A stretch of DNA of 64,000 nucleotides from Collinsella sp. (lineage in GTDB: Bacteria > Actinomycetota > Coriobacteriia > Coriobacteriales > Coriobacteriaceae), in assembly GCA_019424965.1 (NCBI GenBank), contig JAHYYL010000003.1:7614-71613 (forward strand), in the 5' to 3' direction. Shown piece after piece: positions 8,393 through 18,210 of the stretch. Position numbers and translations under genes: made by a program. Every line of letters starts with the position of its first letter. Positions within the stretch are counted from its first letter, which is position 1. The notes beneath the pieces are model-generated. The model searched no databases. It was not told the DNA's origin and saw only the letters and a list, made by a program, of their open reading frames with translations.

Positions 8393-9328
8393 TCAGTGCT
8401 CGATCCAACAACGTAAAGTTTCGCCGGCCTGCAGGTGACGCAGATTCTCCGCGGCGATGTCGACCACGTTGTTGAGCGTGGCTGCCAGGTGGAACCAGCC
8501 GGAGACGTGCGGCGTGATGAGCATGTTGGGCGCATCCCACAGGGGGCTTGTCGCAGGCAGGGGCTCGGGGTCGGTGACGTCGACCGCAGCGCCGGCAAGA
8601 TGTCCCGACTCCAGGGCGGCAACCAAGTCGTCGGCGACCACAAGATCGCCGCGGCCGCCGTTGGCAAAGAAGATGCCCGGCTTCATCGCGGCGAAGAACT
8701 CGGCGTTCGCCAGGCCGCGGGTCTCGGGTGTGCTGGGCATAAAGGATGCGACGACGTCGGCCTCGGCCAGGCGCTCGGGCAGGGCGTCCATGCCGTCCAT
8801 GTCCTCAAACACAATGGGGTAGACGAGCGGATGGCGCTTGATGCCGCGGACGTGCGCGCCCATGCTGCGGCAGAGTGTGGCAAAGTGGCCGCCAATGTCG
8901 CCCGCGCCCAGCACCAGCACGTTGGCGTTTTTGAGCGAGGTGACCGGACCTAAATCCTCCCAGCGATGTTCGCGCTGCAGGTCCTGGTAGCCGGGCAGGT
9001 GCTTCATCATTGACAGCACCATGGCAAACATGTGCTCGCTTACGGCCTGACCGTAGGCGCCGATCGAGCAAGACAGCTTGGCGTCGGCCGGCACGGTGCC
9101 GGCGGCAAGGTAGTCGTCATAGCCGGCGGTCTGCAATTGCAACAGCTGGAGATGCCCGCATGCCGTGAGCATGTCAGGGTCGATGTTGCCCAGGATCACG
9201 TCGGCATCGGCGACCTGCTCGCACGTGGCGGCGTCGGCGCTCGTGTAGATAAAATCTTCGCCCGGAGCGCTCGACTCGAGAATCGCACGGTGACGATCGT
9301 TGACGGGCAGCAAAACCAGGATGTTCAC
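8393..9328 (-). CDS. D-isomer-specific 2-hydroxyacid dehydrogenase (NAD-binding)
   Basis: Start placed at the GTG giving (M)NILVLLPVNDRH.., preceded by GGAGAGGA. Rossmann motif VLVLGAGDIGGHFA and C-terminal ..NMLITPHVSG.. are typical of the family. The upstream part of track ORF 8393..9439 is covered by a repeat. Confidence 0.8.
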   Translation of the reverse strand: MNILVLLPVNDRHRAILESSAPGEDFIYTSADAATCEQVADADVILGNIDPDMLTACGHLQLLQLQTAGYDDYLAAGTVPADAKLSCSIGAYGQAVSEHMFAMVLSMMKHLPGYQDLQREHRWEDLGPVTSLKNANVLVLGAGDIGGHFATLCRSMGAHVRGIKRHPLVYPIVFEDMDGMDALPERLAEADVVASFMPSTPETRGLANAEFFAAMKPGIFFANGGRGDLVVADDLVAALESGHLAGAAVDVTDPEPLPATSPLWDAPNMLITPHVSGWFHLAATLNNVVDIAAENLRHLQAGETLRCWIEH

Positions 9329-9349
9329 AAGCAGTCCTCTCCGTTCAAG

Positions 9350-9400
9350 CTGCCAAAAAGGGACAGGTTTATTTTGGCAGGTTTTATCAGGCAAAACGTT
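9350..9400 (+). repeat. 52-bp intergenic repeat family, copy 2
   Basis: CTGCCAAAAAGGGACAGGTTTATTTTGGCAGGTTTTATCAGGCAAAACGTT. Confidence 0.85.
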
Positions 9401-9450
9401 CAAACGAAACGCCGGATGCATGGACGGTTGCAAGTCCATGCATCCGGCGT
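9401..9450 (-). terminator. Hairpin terminator after map
   Basis: Perfect 17-bp stem ACGCCGGATGCATGGAC/GTCCATGCATCCGGCGT, 8 nt after the map stop. Followed by TTCGTTTG on the minus strand. Confidence 0.65.
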
Positions 9451-9458
9451 CCGTGCGG

Positions 9459-10346
9459 CTACCAGCTCAGCAACTCGTAGCCGTCCTCGGTCACCACGAG
9501 CTGTACCTCGCACTGGGCCGAATCGCTACCGTCCTTGGTGCGCACACACCAACCGTCACCCTTGCTAATCTTGATGTCAGGCGCTCCGGCGTTGACCATG
9601 GGCTCGATGGTAAAGACCATGCCCGGGGCCATGATGGTGTCCGCGTCGGGCGCCTCGGTGGTAAAGCCCACAAACGGGTCCTCGTGGAACTCCTTGCCAA
9701 TGCCGTGTCCGCCGTACTCGCGCACCACGCTAAAGCCGGCGTCCTCTACCGTCTTTTGCACAGCCTCGGCCATAACAGAGAGCGGCAGCCACGGCTTGAC
9801 GGCGGCCAGGCCCGCTTCCACGCTGGCGCGGGTCACGTCGACCAGGCGCTGGCGCTCGGCAGAGACCTTGCCGATGCGGAACATGCGGCTCGAATCGCTA
9901 AAGTAGCCGTCCAGAATCGTGGAGCAGTCCACGTTGATGATATCGCCCTCGTGCAGCACGTCCGTATCGCAGGGGATGCCGTGACAGACCACATCGTTGA
10001 TCGAGGTGCATACGCTCTTGGGATAGCCCTCGTAGTTGAGGTCGGCCGGCGTGCCACCGTGCTCGATGGTGTAGTCGTAGATCATCTGGTCGATCTGGTT
10101 GGTGGTCATGCCCGCGGCGATGTGCTCGCCCACGTAGTCGAGCACGCCTACGTTGATGGCGGCCGAACGCTTGATACCCTCGATGTCGGCGGGTGTCTTG
10201 TAGAGCGTGCGGGGCAGAACCTCCCAGCCCTCTTCCCACAAGCGCTCGAGGCGCTCGTCGAAGGCGCTATGGCATTTCTTGTATTTTTTGCCGCTGCCGC
10301 ACCAGCAGGCGTCGTTGCGGCCGGGCACGGGTCCGTTGTCAAACAT
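9459..10346 (-). CDS. map: Type I methionine aminopeptidase with N-terminal SEC-C zinc-binding motif
   Basis: 295 aa. CWCGSGKKYKKCH SEC-C motif, then a MetAP core (..VCHGIP.., ..DIINVD.., ..GHGIG.., ..FTIEP..). Confidence 0.9.
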   Translation of the reverse strand: MFDNGPVPGRNDACWCGSGKKYKKCHSAFDERLERLWEEGWEVLPRTLYKTPADIEGIKRSAAINVGVLDYVGEHIAAGMTTNQIDQMIYDYTIEHGGTPADLNYEGYPKSVCTSINDVVCHGIPCDTDVLHEGDIINVDCSTILDGYFSDSSRMFRIGKVSAERQRLVDVTRASVEAGLAAVKPWLPLSVMAEAVQKTVEDAGFSVVREYGGHGIGKEFHEDPFVGFTTEAPDADTIMAPGMVFTIEPMVNAGAPDIKISKGDGWCVRTKDGSDSAQCEVQLVVTEDGYELLSW

Positions 10347-10392
10347 GGCTAACTTCCTTTCATTCGCAGCTAGTATAGCCCACCCACGCGTC

Positions 10393-10464
10393 CATAAAAG
10401 TTGCGGTGATATAGTTCCGATTTAAGCGGTTTAACAGCATAAATAGGAACTATATCACCGCAAC
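10393..10464 (-). terminator. AT-rich 19-bp perfect inverted repeat, likely terminator of the radical-SAM gene
   Basis: GTTGCGGTGATATAGTTCC (10400-10418) / GGAACTATATCACCGCAAC (10446-10464), 27-nt loop, followed on the minus strand by TTTTATGG. Confidence 0.5.
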
Positions 10465-10506
10465 TGATGGAGCGGGATGGCGGGCACTAGCTGCTGCGTG
10501 GTTTCG

Positions 10507-11289
10507 CTAGTAGCTCACCTGGCAGGGGATGCCGAGGGCGCGCACGCGCGCGGCAATGGCGTCGAGCACCTCGGGCGCTGCCTTGGCAAGGCCAGCGACC
10601 GGTGTCTCGCGCGCCACCGTGTAGATGGTCGCCTCCTGCGGGCGAATGCGCTCAAGCGCCGCGAGCCAGGGGGCAACGTACTCCTCGCCGGTGTTGTCGA
10701 TGAGCTTGCCCTGATACTTACCGGTCAAAAAGATCGTCTGGATAATAACGTGACCGTCAAAGCTTGCGAACGTCTCAATCTGGTGCTCGACGTCGTAGGG
10801 GCCAACAGGCTGGTCGAGCAGCTGGATAAACGCCGGGTCGACGGTATCGAGCTTAAGAATATTGTCGTCGACCATCATGAGCGCGTCGTGCGCCTCGGGA
10901 CGGTCGGCGCGCGTGCCGTTGGAGAGCACGGCGATCTTGGAGTTTGGGGCAAGCTCGTCGCGCAGCGCGACGGCGCCGGCGATGGCCTGCGGAAACTCCG
11001 GTGCGGCGGTGGGCTCGCCGTTGCCTGCGAAGGTGATCACATCGGGGAGCTCGCCCTCGGCTGCCATCTCGCGCAGCTTTGCCTCGAGCGCGTCGAGTAC
11101 CACGGCAGCGGTGTTGTACGGCTCATGGCAGGGGCGTTCGGCGTTGAGGCCGTTTTCGCAGTAAATGCAGTCGAACGTGCAGATTTTGCCGCTGGCCGGC
11201 ATCATGTTGACGCCGAGCGAGAGGCCAAGGCGACGGCTGCGAACGGGCCCAAAGATGGGGCTTGCATTCAAAAACGTAGACATAGGCAT
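10507..11289 (-). CDS. Radical SAM protein
   Basis: 260 aa from MPMSTF.. (GAGGAG RBS). CTFDCIYC CxxxCxxC cluster motif and ..FAGNGEPT... The upstream 196 aa of track ORF 10507..11877 overlap the opposite-strand hydrolase gene and are not coding. Confidence 0.8.
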   Translation of the reverse strand: MPMSTFLNASPIFGPVRSRRLGLSLGVNMMPASGKICTFDCIYCENGLNAERPCHEPYNTAAVVLDALEAKLREMAAEGELPDVITFAGNGEPTAAPEFPQAIAGAVALRDELAPNSKIAVLSNGTRADRPEAHDALMMVDDNILKLDTVDPAFIQLLDQPVGPYDVEHQIETFASFDGHVIIQTIFLTGKYQGKLIDNTGEEYVAPWLAALERIRPQEATIYTVARETPVAGLAKAAPEVLDAIAARVRALGIPCQVSY

Positions 11290-11508
11290 ATGCTCCTCAA
11301 GACAATTGTGCCTAAGCATAGCATCGGCTCCAAAGCAAGGTGTGGGCTCTTGCTTTACAAGTTTCGTTTTTTCACGTCGCTCGTTACGCCGTGCCATGAA
11401 AAGCCTCGGGTCGGGTACAGTTAATCTGTTAACAAGGCGTAAGGCAATGCGGGTCCATCCAACCGCACTGACGTGCAACTGGATGAGCATTGATGATGGG
11501 GGCACAAC

Positions 11509-12306
11509 ATGGATTTTACGGTCGAGAATGCGGGCACCACGATTGCCTGTCGCGAATATGCCGGCCCGGATGTGTCGCCTGATACTCCTGCCTTGGTGTG
11601 CGTGCACGGCGCCTGCGTCGACGGCGTCTTCTTTGACGCCATCGCCCGCGAGCTCGCCTGTGACTACCGCGTCATTGCCTACGATCGCCGCGGTTGCGGC
11701 GAGAGCGGCGACGCTGCAGACGGACGCTACGACCTCGCCGCCCAGGCCGCCGACCTGCAGGCCGTTATTGAGCATATCGGCGCTCCGGCAAACGTGCTCG
11801 CGCACAGTGCCGGTACGCTGGTGACCCTGGAGCTTCTCCGTGCAAACCCCGCCATAATCTCGCGTGCGATTCTGCATGAACCCGCCGTGACGGATGATGG
11901 TGCCGGCCTGGGCGCGGCCCCAGTTTTGCTCGAGATGATCGCCGCGGGAAAGGTCTCCAGGGCATTACGGGCCTTCCTGGGCGCCATCGGCGATTCGGAC
12001 CCTGAGGCCCCCAAGTTAACCGAGGCAGAAGCCAGGCATGCCCTGCGCAATGGCCGCAGTTTCATGGCAAACGAATACGGGATTACTATGACCTGCGTTC
12101 CCGATTGGGATAGCGTTCGTGCGTCGAAAACGGTGGCCGCCGTGCTCCTGGGCGAGCTCTCGATTGGCACGCCTCGCGAGGCGGGCACAAGGGTGGCGGC
12201 TGAGCTTTTGGACTGTCCACTCGTAATGGTTCCCGGCGCGCACAACGGCCTGCGCGATCGCCCGGGAGCGGCTGCCCAGACTGTCCTTGGCATCCTGGGG
12301 CTCTAA
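11509..12306 (+). CDS. Alpha/beta-fold hydrolase
   Basis: 265 aa. ..ALVCVHGACVDG.., ..YDRRGCGES.., nucleophile elbow VLAHSAG. Confidence 0.75.
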   Translation: MDFTVENAGTTIACREYAGPDVSPDTPALVCVHGACVDGVFFDAIARELACDYRVIAYDRRGCGESGDAADGRYDLAAQAADLQAVIEHIGAPANVLAHSAGTLVTLELLRANPAIISRAILHEPAVTDDGAGLGAAPVLLEMIAAGKVSRALRAFLGAIGDSDPEAPKLTEAEARHALRNGRSFMANEYGITMTCVPDWDSVRASKTVAAVLLGELSIGTPREAGTRVAAELLDCPLVMVPGAHNGLRDRPGAAAQTVLGILGL

Positions 12307-12517
12307 CACCCGCAATAGCCAAAGCAGACTTCACCCGCAAACGTTTCGGCCTTGTTAACAAATATGCTTAAAACCTCACGTCTGCGGCTTCAATCGCGCC
12401 GTCTGCCAACTCATAAAAATGTAACAGCATTCACGTGCTTACCTGCATCGGCAAGGTGTTACCCTTGTAGGATTTGGAACCCACCGCTACCATGCGAAGC
12501 TATCGAAAGGGCCCCAT

Positions 12518-14398
12518 ATGCTCAATAATCACGAGGTCAATCTAACCGACGAGGAGGCTGCCACCGAGGTCGCCCGTGTCGCGAAGACCTACCCCGTGGT
12601 ACGTTTGCTGTCGGCCGATCAGATTAAGAGCGAGCCTAACTGCCTGCTCGCCGGTGATCGCTGCCCTTGTTTGCGCCAGGCAAGTCTTGAGGCCTTGACA
12701 GATTCCGATGAGGTGTCGGAGCAACTGCTCAACGATGGCGTTGAGTACCGCGCCCATCTGCGCCCTCTGAAGGTCGAGGGCGAGCCTCATGTCCTGCTGA
12801 TGGTGCGTCCGATCGATGGGCAAGAGGCTGCAAAAGAGGACCTTGTCTACACCGACGTGCTGACGAGCGTGCACAATCGCCGATATTACGAGGAAAAGCT
12901 CCGTAGTGCCCGCATGAATGCCGGCGTTGCGATGATCGACCTTGATGATTTTAAGGTCTTCAACGATACGTGTGGCCGTCATGCCGGCGACCTTGCGCTC
13001 GGTGCCGTGGCGACAGCCATGCGCAGCGGAATCCGTTCGACTGACGAGCTTGTGCGCTATGGCTGCGACAAGTTTGTGGTTGTCATGCCCAATATTCCCT
13101 CCGATGACTTCACCCGTCGCCTGCATCAGGTGTCCGATGCCGTTCGTTCCACGATTATTCCGGGCCATGAGTACGTGAGCTTGACGGCATGTGTTGGTGG
13201 CGTTCGCATTCATGGCGAGACGGTCGATGAGGGCGTTGGCCGCGCTGTCCAGTTACTGAGCCGCGCTAAGGCAAAAGCCGGTACGGTCGTGACCGATGCC
13301 GATTCCATCGAGGCCTTCCAAAGCGAAAAGCCTTTGGTACTTATTGTCGATGACTCCGAGATGAACCGAGTCATTCTCAGCGAGATGCTCAAGGACGAGT
13401 ATTGCATCCTCGAGGCCGACAACGGTCGTACGGCGCTCGACATGGTCGACCGCTATGGTGATGAGTTGTCGCTCGTGCTGCTGGATATTGTCATGCCGGG
13501 CATAAGCGGCTTTGAGGTGCTGGCCGGTCTGTCGCGCCGATCGGTTAGTGACAATCTGCCTGTCATCATGATTTCGAGCGAAGATTCCGATGATATGGTT
13601 CTGCGCGCGTACGAGCTGGGCGCCTCGGACTATATCAACCGCCCGTTTGACTCCCGTGTCGTGCGCCGCCGTGTAAGCAACACCATCCGCCTATACGCCA
13701 AACAGCGCCGTCTGACGAGCCTGCTGTCCCAGCAGTACAACGAGCGTGTCAAGAACAGTCGCATGCTCATCGACATCATGGCTGGCGTCATGGAGCTTCG
13801 CAACGGCGAGAGCGGCAGGCACGTTACGAACATCGAAAAGCTGACCGAGCTGCTGCTTGGCTGTCTGGTCCAGCGTAGCGACACCATTTCCCTTGACAAT
13901 GAGGAGCGCTCCACGATTGCCCTGGCTTCGGCGCTGCACGATATCGGCAAGATGTCGATTGACGATGCGATTCTCAACAAACCCGGGCGCCTTACGTCCG
14001 AGGAGTTCGAGATTATGAAGACGCATACCACGATCGGCGCCGACATGCTGCTTGAGCTGGGTAGCCATCACGCCGGCAATGCGCTTATGGAATATGCGTA
14101 CCAGATTGCGCGTTGGCATCACGAGCGCTGGGACGGCAAGGGTTATCCCGATGGCCTTAAGGGCGACGAAATTCCCATTGCCGCACAGGTGGTTTCGGTG
14201 GCCGACATGTACGATGCTCTGACGAGCGTGCGCGTGTACAAGGACGCCATCCCGCACGAGGAGGCTATCCAGATGATCCTGGACGGTAAGTGCGGCACCT
14301 TTAACCCGCTGCTGCTCGATTGTCTGCTTGAGGTGCAAGACCAAATTGCCGAGACGTTGGCACGCCCCGCCGACGTTGTTGCGTTTCCCACGATTTAG
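12518..14398 (+). CDS. Multidomain c-di-GMP protein: N-terminal unknown domain, degenerate GGDEF, REC, HD-GYP
   Basis: 626 aa. GGDEF fold with I-site RSTD retained but A-site GCDKF instead of GG(D/E)EF. Receiver ..LVLIVDDSEMNR..LLDIVMPG... HD-GYP ..HDIGK.. and ..HHERWDGKGYP... Confidence 0.85.
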   Translation: MLNNHEVNLTDEEAATEVARVAKTYPVVRLLSADQIKSEPNCLLAGDRCPCLRQASLEALTDSDEVSEQLLNDGVEYRAHLRPLKVEGEPHVLLMVRPIDGQEAAKEDLVYTDVLTSVHNRRYYEEKLRSARMNAGVAMIDLDDFKVFNDTCGRHAGDLALGAVATAMRSGIRSTDELVRYGCDKFVVVMPNIPSDDFTRRLHQVSDAVRSTIIPGHEYVSLTACVGGVRIHGETVDEGVGRAVQLLSRAKAKAGTVVTDADSIEAFQSEKPLVLIVDDSEMNRVILSEMLKDEYCILEADNGRTALDMVDRYGDELSLVLLDIVMPGISGFEVLAGLSRRSVSDNLPVIMISSEDSDDMVLRAYELGASDYINRPFDSRVVRRRVSNTIRLYAKQRRLTSLLSQQYNERVKNSRMLIDIMAGVMELRNGESGRHVTNIEKLTELLLGCLVQRSDTISLDNEERSTIALASALHDIGKMSIDDAILNKPGRLTSEEFEIMKTHTTIGADMLLELGSHHAGNALMEYAYQIARWHHERWDGKGYPDGLKGDEIPIAAQVVSVADMYDALTSVRVYKDAIPHEEAIQMILDGKCGTFNPLLLDCLLEVQDQIAETLARPADVVAFPTI

Positions 14399-14422
14399 TT
14401 TGACCAAAGGAGTTTTTAATCC

Positions 14423-14779
14423 ATGATTTCCATGCGTGAGGCGTATGAGAAGATCGGCGCCAATTATGATGACGCGTGCGCTCGGCTGATGGGCGAGGAA
14501 ATGCTCGCCCGCTTTGCCCTCAAGTTTTTGGATGACGAGAGCATGGACAAGCTGGAGGCCGCCATGGCGGCGGGAGACGCCGAAGGTGCGTTTATGGCAG
14601 CGCACACGCTCAAGGGCGTGAGCCAGAACCTGGGATTCGATAATCTGTACGAGCCGGCGGTCGTGGTGACCGAGGCGCTGCGCGGCGCCGATGCCGTTGA
14701 CGGCGCTCGCGAGGGGATGCATGCGCTGCAGCAGCAATATGCGGCTACGATGTCGGCCCTGCGCGAGACGGCCGAATAA
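14423..14779 (+). CDS. Hpt (histidine phosphotransfer) domain protein
   Basis: 118 aa. ..AAHTLKGVSQNLGF.. HxxKG phosphotransfer motif. AAAGGAG RBS. 24 bp downstream of the REC-HD-GYP gene. Confidence 0.75.
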   Translation: MISMREAYEKIGANYDDACARLMGEEMLARFALKFLDDESMDKLEAAMAAGDAEGAFMAAHTLKGVSQNLGFDNLYEPAVVVTEALRGADAVDGAREGMHALQQQYAATMSALRETAE

Positions 14780-14818
14780 GAGCTTGCGAGCCTTGGGCTG
14801 CGCGCCTGTCGCGTATAG

Positions 14819-14863
14819 GCAAAAGGGCGCCACGTCGGACCATGTGGCCGGCGGGGCGCCCTT
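14819..14863. terminator. Hairpin between convergent Hpt and amidotransferase genes
   Basis: AAGGGCGCC / GGCGCCCTT stem. A T-run (CTTTTGCC) follows on the minus strand. Confidence 0.5.
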
Positions 14864-14884
14864 ATCTGTTATGCGGTTCGCGAA

Positions 14885-15694
14885 CTAGCGGGTCTGCTTT
14901 ACCTTGGCCGCCGCCTCGACAAACGACTTCCACAGGTTAAAGTCGGTCTCGAGCGTCTGCCAGGTGTACTCGGGATGCCATTGCACACCCAGACAGAACG
15001 GCTGGCCTTCGACTTCGATGCACTCGGGAACGCCGTCGGTTGCCTTGGCGACCAAGCGCGTGCTCTTACCCAGACGATCGACGCAGCAGTGATGTGCGGA
15101 GTTGGTCTGGATCAGCCTGTGCCCGCCAACCGCGCGCTCCAGCAGCGAGCCCGGCACGACCTCGACAGGATGCACAGGGTCGTTGAGCACGTGGGTATGG
15201 CGCCACTGCGTGCGGCCCTCGCGCGCGCCCAGGCTCGGCACGTCCATGCACAGGGTGCCGCCGGTGGCGACGTTGAGCAGTTGCGTGCCGCGGCAGGTGG
15301 TAAAGAGCGGCTTTTTGGCACGGAGCACCTCGCTGACCAGCTTAAACTCAAAACTATCGCGGATCTCGCAGCAGAGGGTGGGGTCGTAGGGTCGATCATC
15401 GCCCCAACGTTTGGGATTGACATCGGGGCCGCCGGGAATGGCGATGCCGTCGGCGATATCGACGTAATGACGGATGACCTCAATGTCCTCGGTGATGGAC
15501 ATCTGCAGCGGCAGACCGCCGGCGGCAAGAATGGCGTCGACAAATACGCTCGCAATCTCCTCGTTGGGGGAGAGCGTCTCGCTCAAATAGGGCTTCGCTT
15601 CTTCCCAGCGTGGTGCTACCAGGATAAGCGGGCGGTCAGCGGGATCGACGTCGACGTGCGGAGTGTAGGACGATGAGGTGCGGGTTCCGATCAT
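14885..15694 (-). CDS. Class-I glutamine amidotransferase-like gamma-glutamyl hydrolase (peptidase C26 / PuuD-like)
   Basis: 269 aa. ..TTCRGTQLLNVATGG.. (nucleophile Cys) and ..GVQWHPE... Confidence 0.8.
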   Translation of the reverse strand: MIGTRTSSSYTPHVDVDPADRPLILVAPRWEEAKPYLSETLSPNEEIASVFVDAILAAGGLPLQMSITEDIEVIRHYVDIADGIAIPGGPDVNPKRWGDDRPYDPTLCCEIRDSFEFKLVSEVLRAKKPLFTTCRGTQLLNVATGGTLCMDVPSLGAREGRTQWRHTHVLNDPVHPVEVVPGSLLERAVGGHRLIQTNSAHHCCVDRLGKSTRLVAKATDGVPECIEVEGQPFCLGVQWHPEYTWQTLETDFNLWKSFVEAAAKVKQTR

Positions 15695-15781
15695 GGGTGC
15701 GGCTTTCGAATCCGGGTGGACATGGCACAGGGGTGGCGCGGGACAAACGTTACTGATGAATTTGCCCGCGTGGCAATTGGG

Positions 15782-16546
15782 CTAGTGGCCCTTAATGGAG
15801 TTGAGGAAGTCCTGGGCGCGCTTGGTCTTGGGGTGGTCGAAGAACTCGTCGGGTGTGCCGGTTTCCACGATCTGGCCGTCGGCCATAAACACGACGCGGT
15901 CGGCCACGCGGCGGGCGAAGTTCATCTCGTGCGTGATGACGATCATCGTCATGCCCTGCTGGGCCAGACGGACCATGACCTCGAGCACCTCGTTGATCAT
16001 TTCGGGGTCAAGGGCGCTCGTGGGCTCGTCAAAAAGCATGGCCTTGGGTTGCATGGCAAGCGAACGTGCGATGGCTACACGCTGTTGCTGGCCGCCCGAG
16101 AGCTGTGCGGGCACCTTATCGGCCTGCTCGGCAACGCCCACGCGGCCCAGCAGGTCCATGGCGCGCTCACGAGCTTCCTCCTTGGAGACGCCCAGCACAT
16201 CGACCGGTCCCAGCATGACGTTCTGCAGTACGGTCATATGTGCAAACAGGTTGAACTGCTGAAATACCATGCCCAACTCGGCACGCATGCGGGCAAGATC
16301 CTTGCCTTCCTGTGGCAGGGGCTCGCCCTCGATGAGGATCTCGCCTGAGTCGATGGTTTCCAGGCGATTGATGGTTCGGCACATGGTCGACTTGCCCGAG
16401 CCCGAGGGTCCGATCACAACGACGACCTCGCCGCGGTCGACCGAGAGATTGATGTCGTTGAGAACGTGCAGATCGCCGTAGTGCTTATCGACGTGCCTGA
16501 GCTCGATCAGCGGCTGATTGCCGGTGGAAGAGGTGCTCTGTGCCAT
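15782..16546 (-). CDS. Polar amino-acid ABC transporter ATP-binding protein
   Basis: 254 aa. [33 protein letters not shown]. GlnQ/ArtP-like. Confidence 0.9.
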   Translation of the reverse strand: MAQSTSSTGNQPLIELRHVDKHYGDLHVLNDINLSVDRGEVVVVIGPSGSGKSTMCRTINRLETIDSGEILIEGEPLPQEGKDLARMRAELGMVFQQFNLFAHMTVLQNVMLGPVDVLGVSKEEARERAMDLLGRVGVAEQADKVPAQLSGGQQQRVAIARSLAMQPKAMLFDEPTSALDPEMINEVLEVMVRLAQQGMTMIVITHEMNFARRVADRVVFMADGQIVETGTPDEFFDHPKTKRAQDFLNSIKGH

Positions 16547-16582
16547 GGTGCTCGGCTCCTTATGACTCGAAATGGTAAAGCG

Positions 16583-17416
16583 TTAGCGGATGATGGTCGC
16601 GCCGGTCTTGTGCGAAACATAGACAGCGGCCTTGTTGATCGCGACGTTGATGAGGATGTAGATGACCGCGATAACCAGGTAGACCGACACGAGGGCGTCG
16701 TAGTTGGTAATGAGCACGCGGGCGTTTTGCATGAGGTCGGGGTAGCTCACCACGTAGGCCACGGTGGTGTCTTTGACTACGACCACGAGCTGCGAAATCA
16801 ACGACGGAATGATAAACCGGATAGCCTGCGGCAACACGATTTTAAAGGTGATTTTAGCTTTGGAGAGACCGAGTGCCTGAGCGGCCTCGACCTGGCCGCG
16901 CGGCACGGCGTTGACGCCGGCACGGAAGATCTCGGCAAGTACGCCAGCTGCAGCGAGCGCGACGGGAAGCGTGAGCATCCAAAACGACGGCAGCGCGATC
17001 TTGTACTGGGGCAGCACCAAAAAGAAGAAGTAGATGAACAACAGGCTCGGTACGCCGCGGAAGAAATCGGTGAGCACGCGGCAGACCAGCTGCAGCGGCT
17101 TAATGTCGCTGGTACGGCCGAGCATAAGGGCTAAGCCCAGCACCAGCGCGATGGCGCCAGCGGTGAGTGCGACTTTAACGGTGCCCTCAAAGCCGGCAAG
17201 CAGGAACTTCCAGGTGGTGAGGTGCGTAAAGAAAAACCAATAGTGAACCGAAAGCTGGCCGGTCACATAAAAGCGCTGCAACACGAGGGCGACGAGCACG
17301 GCGACGGCAACAAGCGAGATGGCGGTGCCGATGCGAATCTTGGCGCGCATCTTGGGGCCGGGAGCCTCGTAGAGCGCATCGCGCATGGTGAGCGCGGAGG
17401 TGGAGTGCTTGCTCAT
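16583..17416 (-). CDS. Amino-acid ABC transporter permease
   Basis: 277 aa. His/Glu/Gln/Arg-type permease with EAA-like ..VEAAQALGLSKAKITFKIVLPQA... Start overlaps the upstream permease stop. Confidence 0.85.
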   Translation of the reverse strand: MSKHSTSALTMRDALYEAPGPKMRAKIRIGTAISLVAVAVLVALVLQRFYVTGQLSVHYWFFFTHLTTWKFLLAGFEGTVKVALTAGAIALVLGLALMLGRTSDIKPLQLVCRVLTDFFRGVPSLLFIYFFFLVLPQYKIALPSFWMLTLPVALAAAGVLAEIFRAGVNAVPRGQVEAAQALGLSKAKITFKIVLPQAIRFIIPSLISQLVVVVKDTTVAYVVSYPDLMQNARVLITNYDALVSVYLVIAVIYILINVAINKAAVYVSHKTGATIIR

Positions 17417-18072
17417 CGGAGGATCCTCACCTTCTTATCGATGTAGTTGCCAATGTGGCTCACCACAAAGGCCGTGCCCAGGTAGCCGAGCGCCGAGATA
17501 AAGAACGCGGCGACGCCGCCGAGCGAGCGCGTGTTGATGTAGCTCACCACGCCGGTGAGCTCCTGCGGTTGCAACGGCACCTGACTGCCGAGCGCGGTGG
17601 TGAGCATGACGGCGATAAGGAGGTTGGTCATGGGCAACACGCTCGAGCGCAGCGCCTGCGGAATCACGATCTTGGCGAGGATACGGCTGAAGCTCATGCC
17701 GAGCGAACGTGCGGCTTCGACCTGACCGACGCCGACGGTGTTGATGCCGCTCATAAAGTTCTCGGAGCCAAAGGCCGAGCCCAAAAGAACCGTGGCGACG
17801 ATAACGCAGGTGCGGTAGGGTAGGACGACCTTGAGCGGCGGCAGCGCATAGACGACGATGATGAGCAGTGCGATGCCGGGGATGTTACGGAAGACCTGGA
17901 CATACAGGTCGCCAAAGACGCGCAGCGGCTTGAGCGGCGACACGCGCATCACGGTGACGGCGACGGCCAGCACCATGGCGATGGCAAACGACTCAAGCGT
18001 CATGCCCCAGGTTGCTAGCAGCGCGTCGATATAGTTCTGGCCATAGAGCGACCAGAGCTCGGAGAGACTCAT
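17413..18072 (-). CDS. Amino-acid ABC transporter permease
   Basis: 219 aa. ..VEAARSLGMSFSRILAKIVIPQA... GGGAGG RBS. Confidence 0.85.
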   Translation of the reverse strand: MSLSELWSLYGQNYIDALLATWGMTLESFAIAMVLAVAVTVMRVSPLKPLRVFGDLYVQVFRNIPGIALLIIVVYALPPLKVVLPYRTCVIVATVLLGSAFGSENFMSGINTVGVGQVEAARSLGMSFSRILAKIVIPQALRSSVLPMTNLLIAVMLTTALGSQVPLQPQELTGVVSYINTRSLGGVAAFFISALGYLGTAFVVSHIGNYIDKKVRILR

Positions 18073-18210
18073 GCGGACCTCCCGCCGATAAGGAAAGGGG
18101 CTCCCGTGTGTACGGAAGCCCCGACAACTCAGTGAGGAAACAGTTTACCGCAATAAAGCGCATCATGCGTTTCCGTATGGTTTCGCAGCGGCCGTTACCA
18201 GGCTCGCTGC

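Noticed and set aside
10477-11877. Long overlapping ORFs 10477..11424 (+) and the upstream part of 10507..11877 (-)
   Set aside because: The radical-SAM protein starts at 11289 with a GAGGAG RBS. The rest overlaps the intergenic region and the opposite-strand alpha/beta hydrolase gene.
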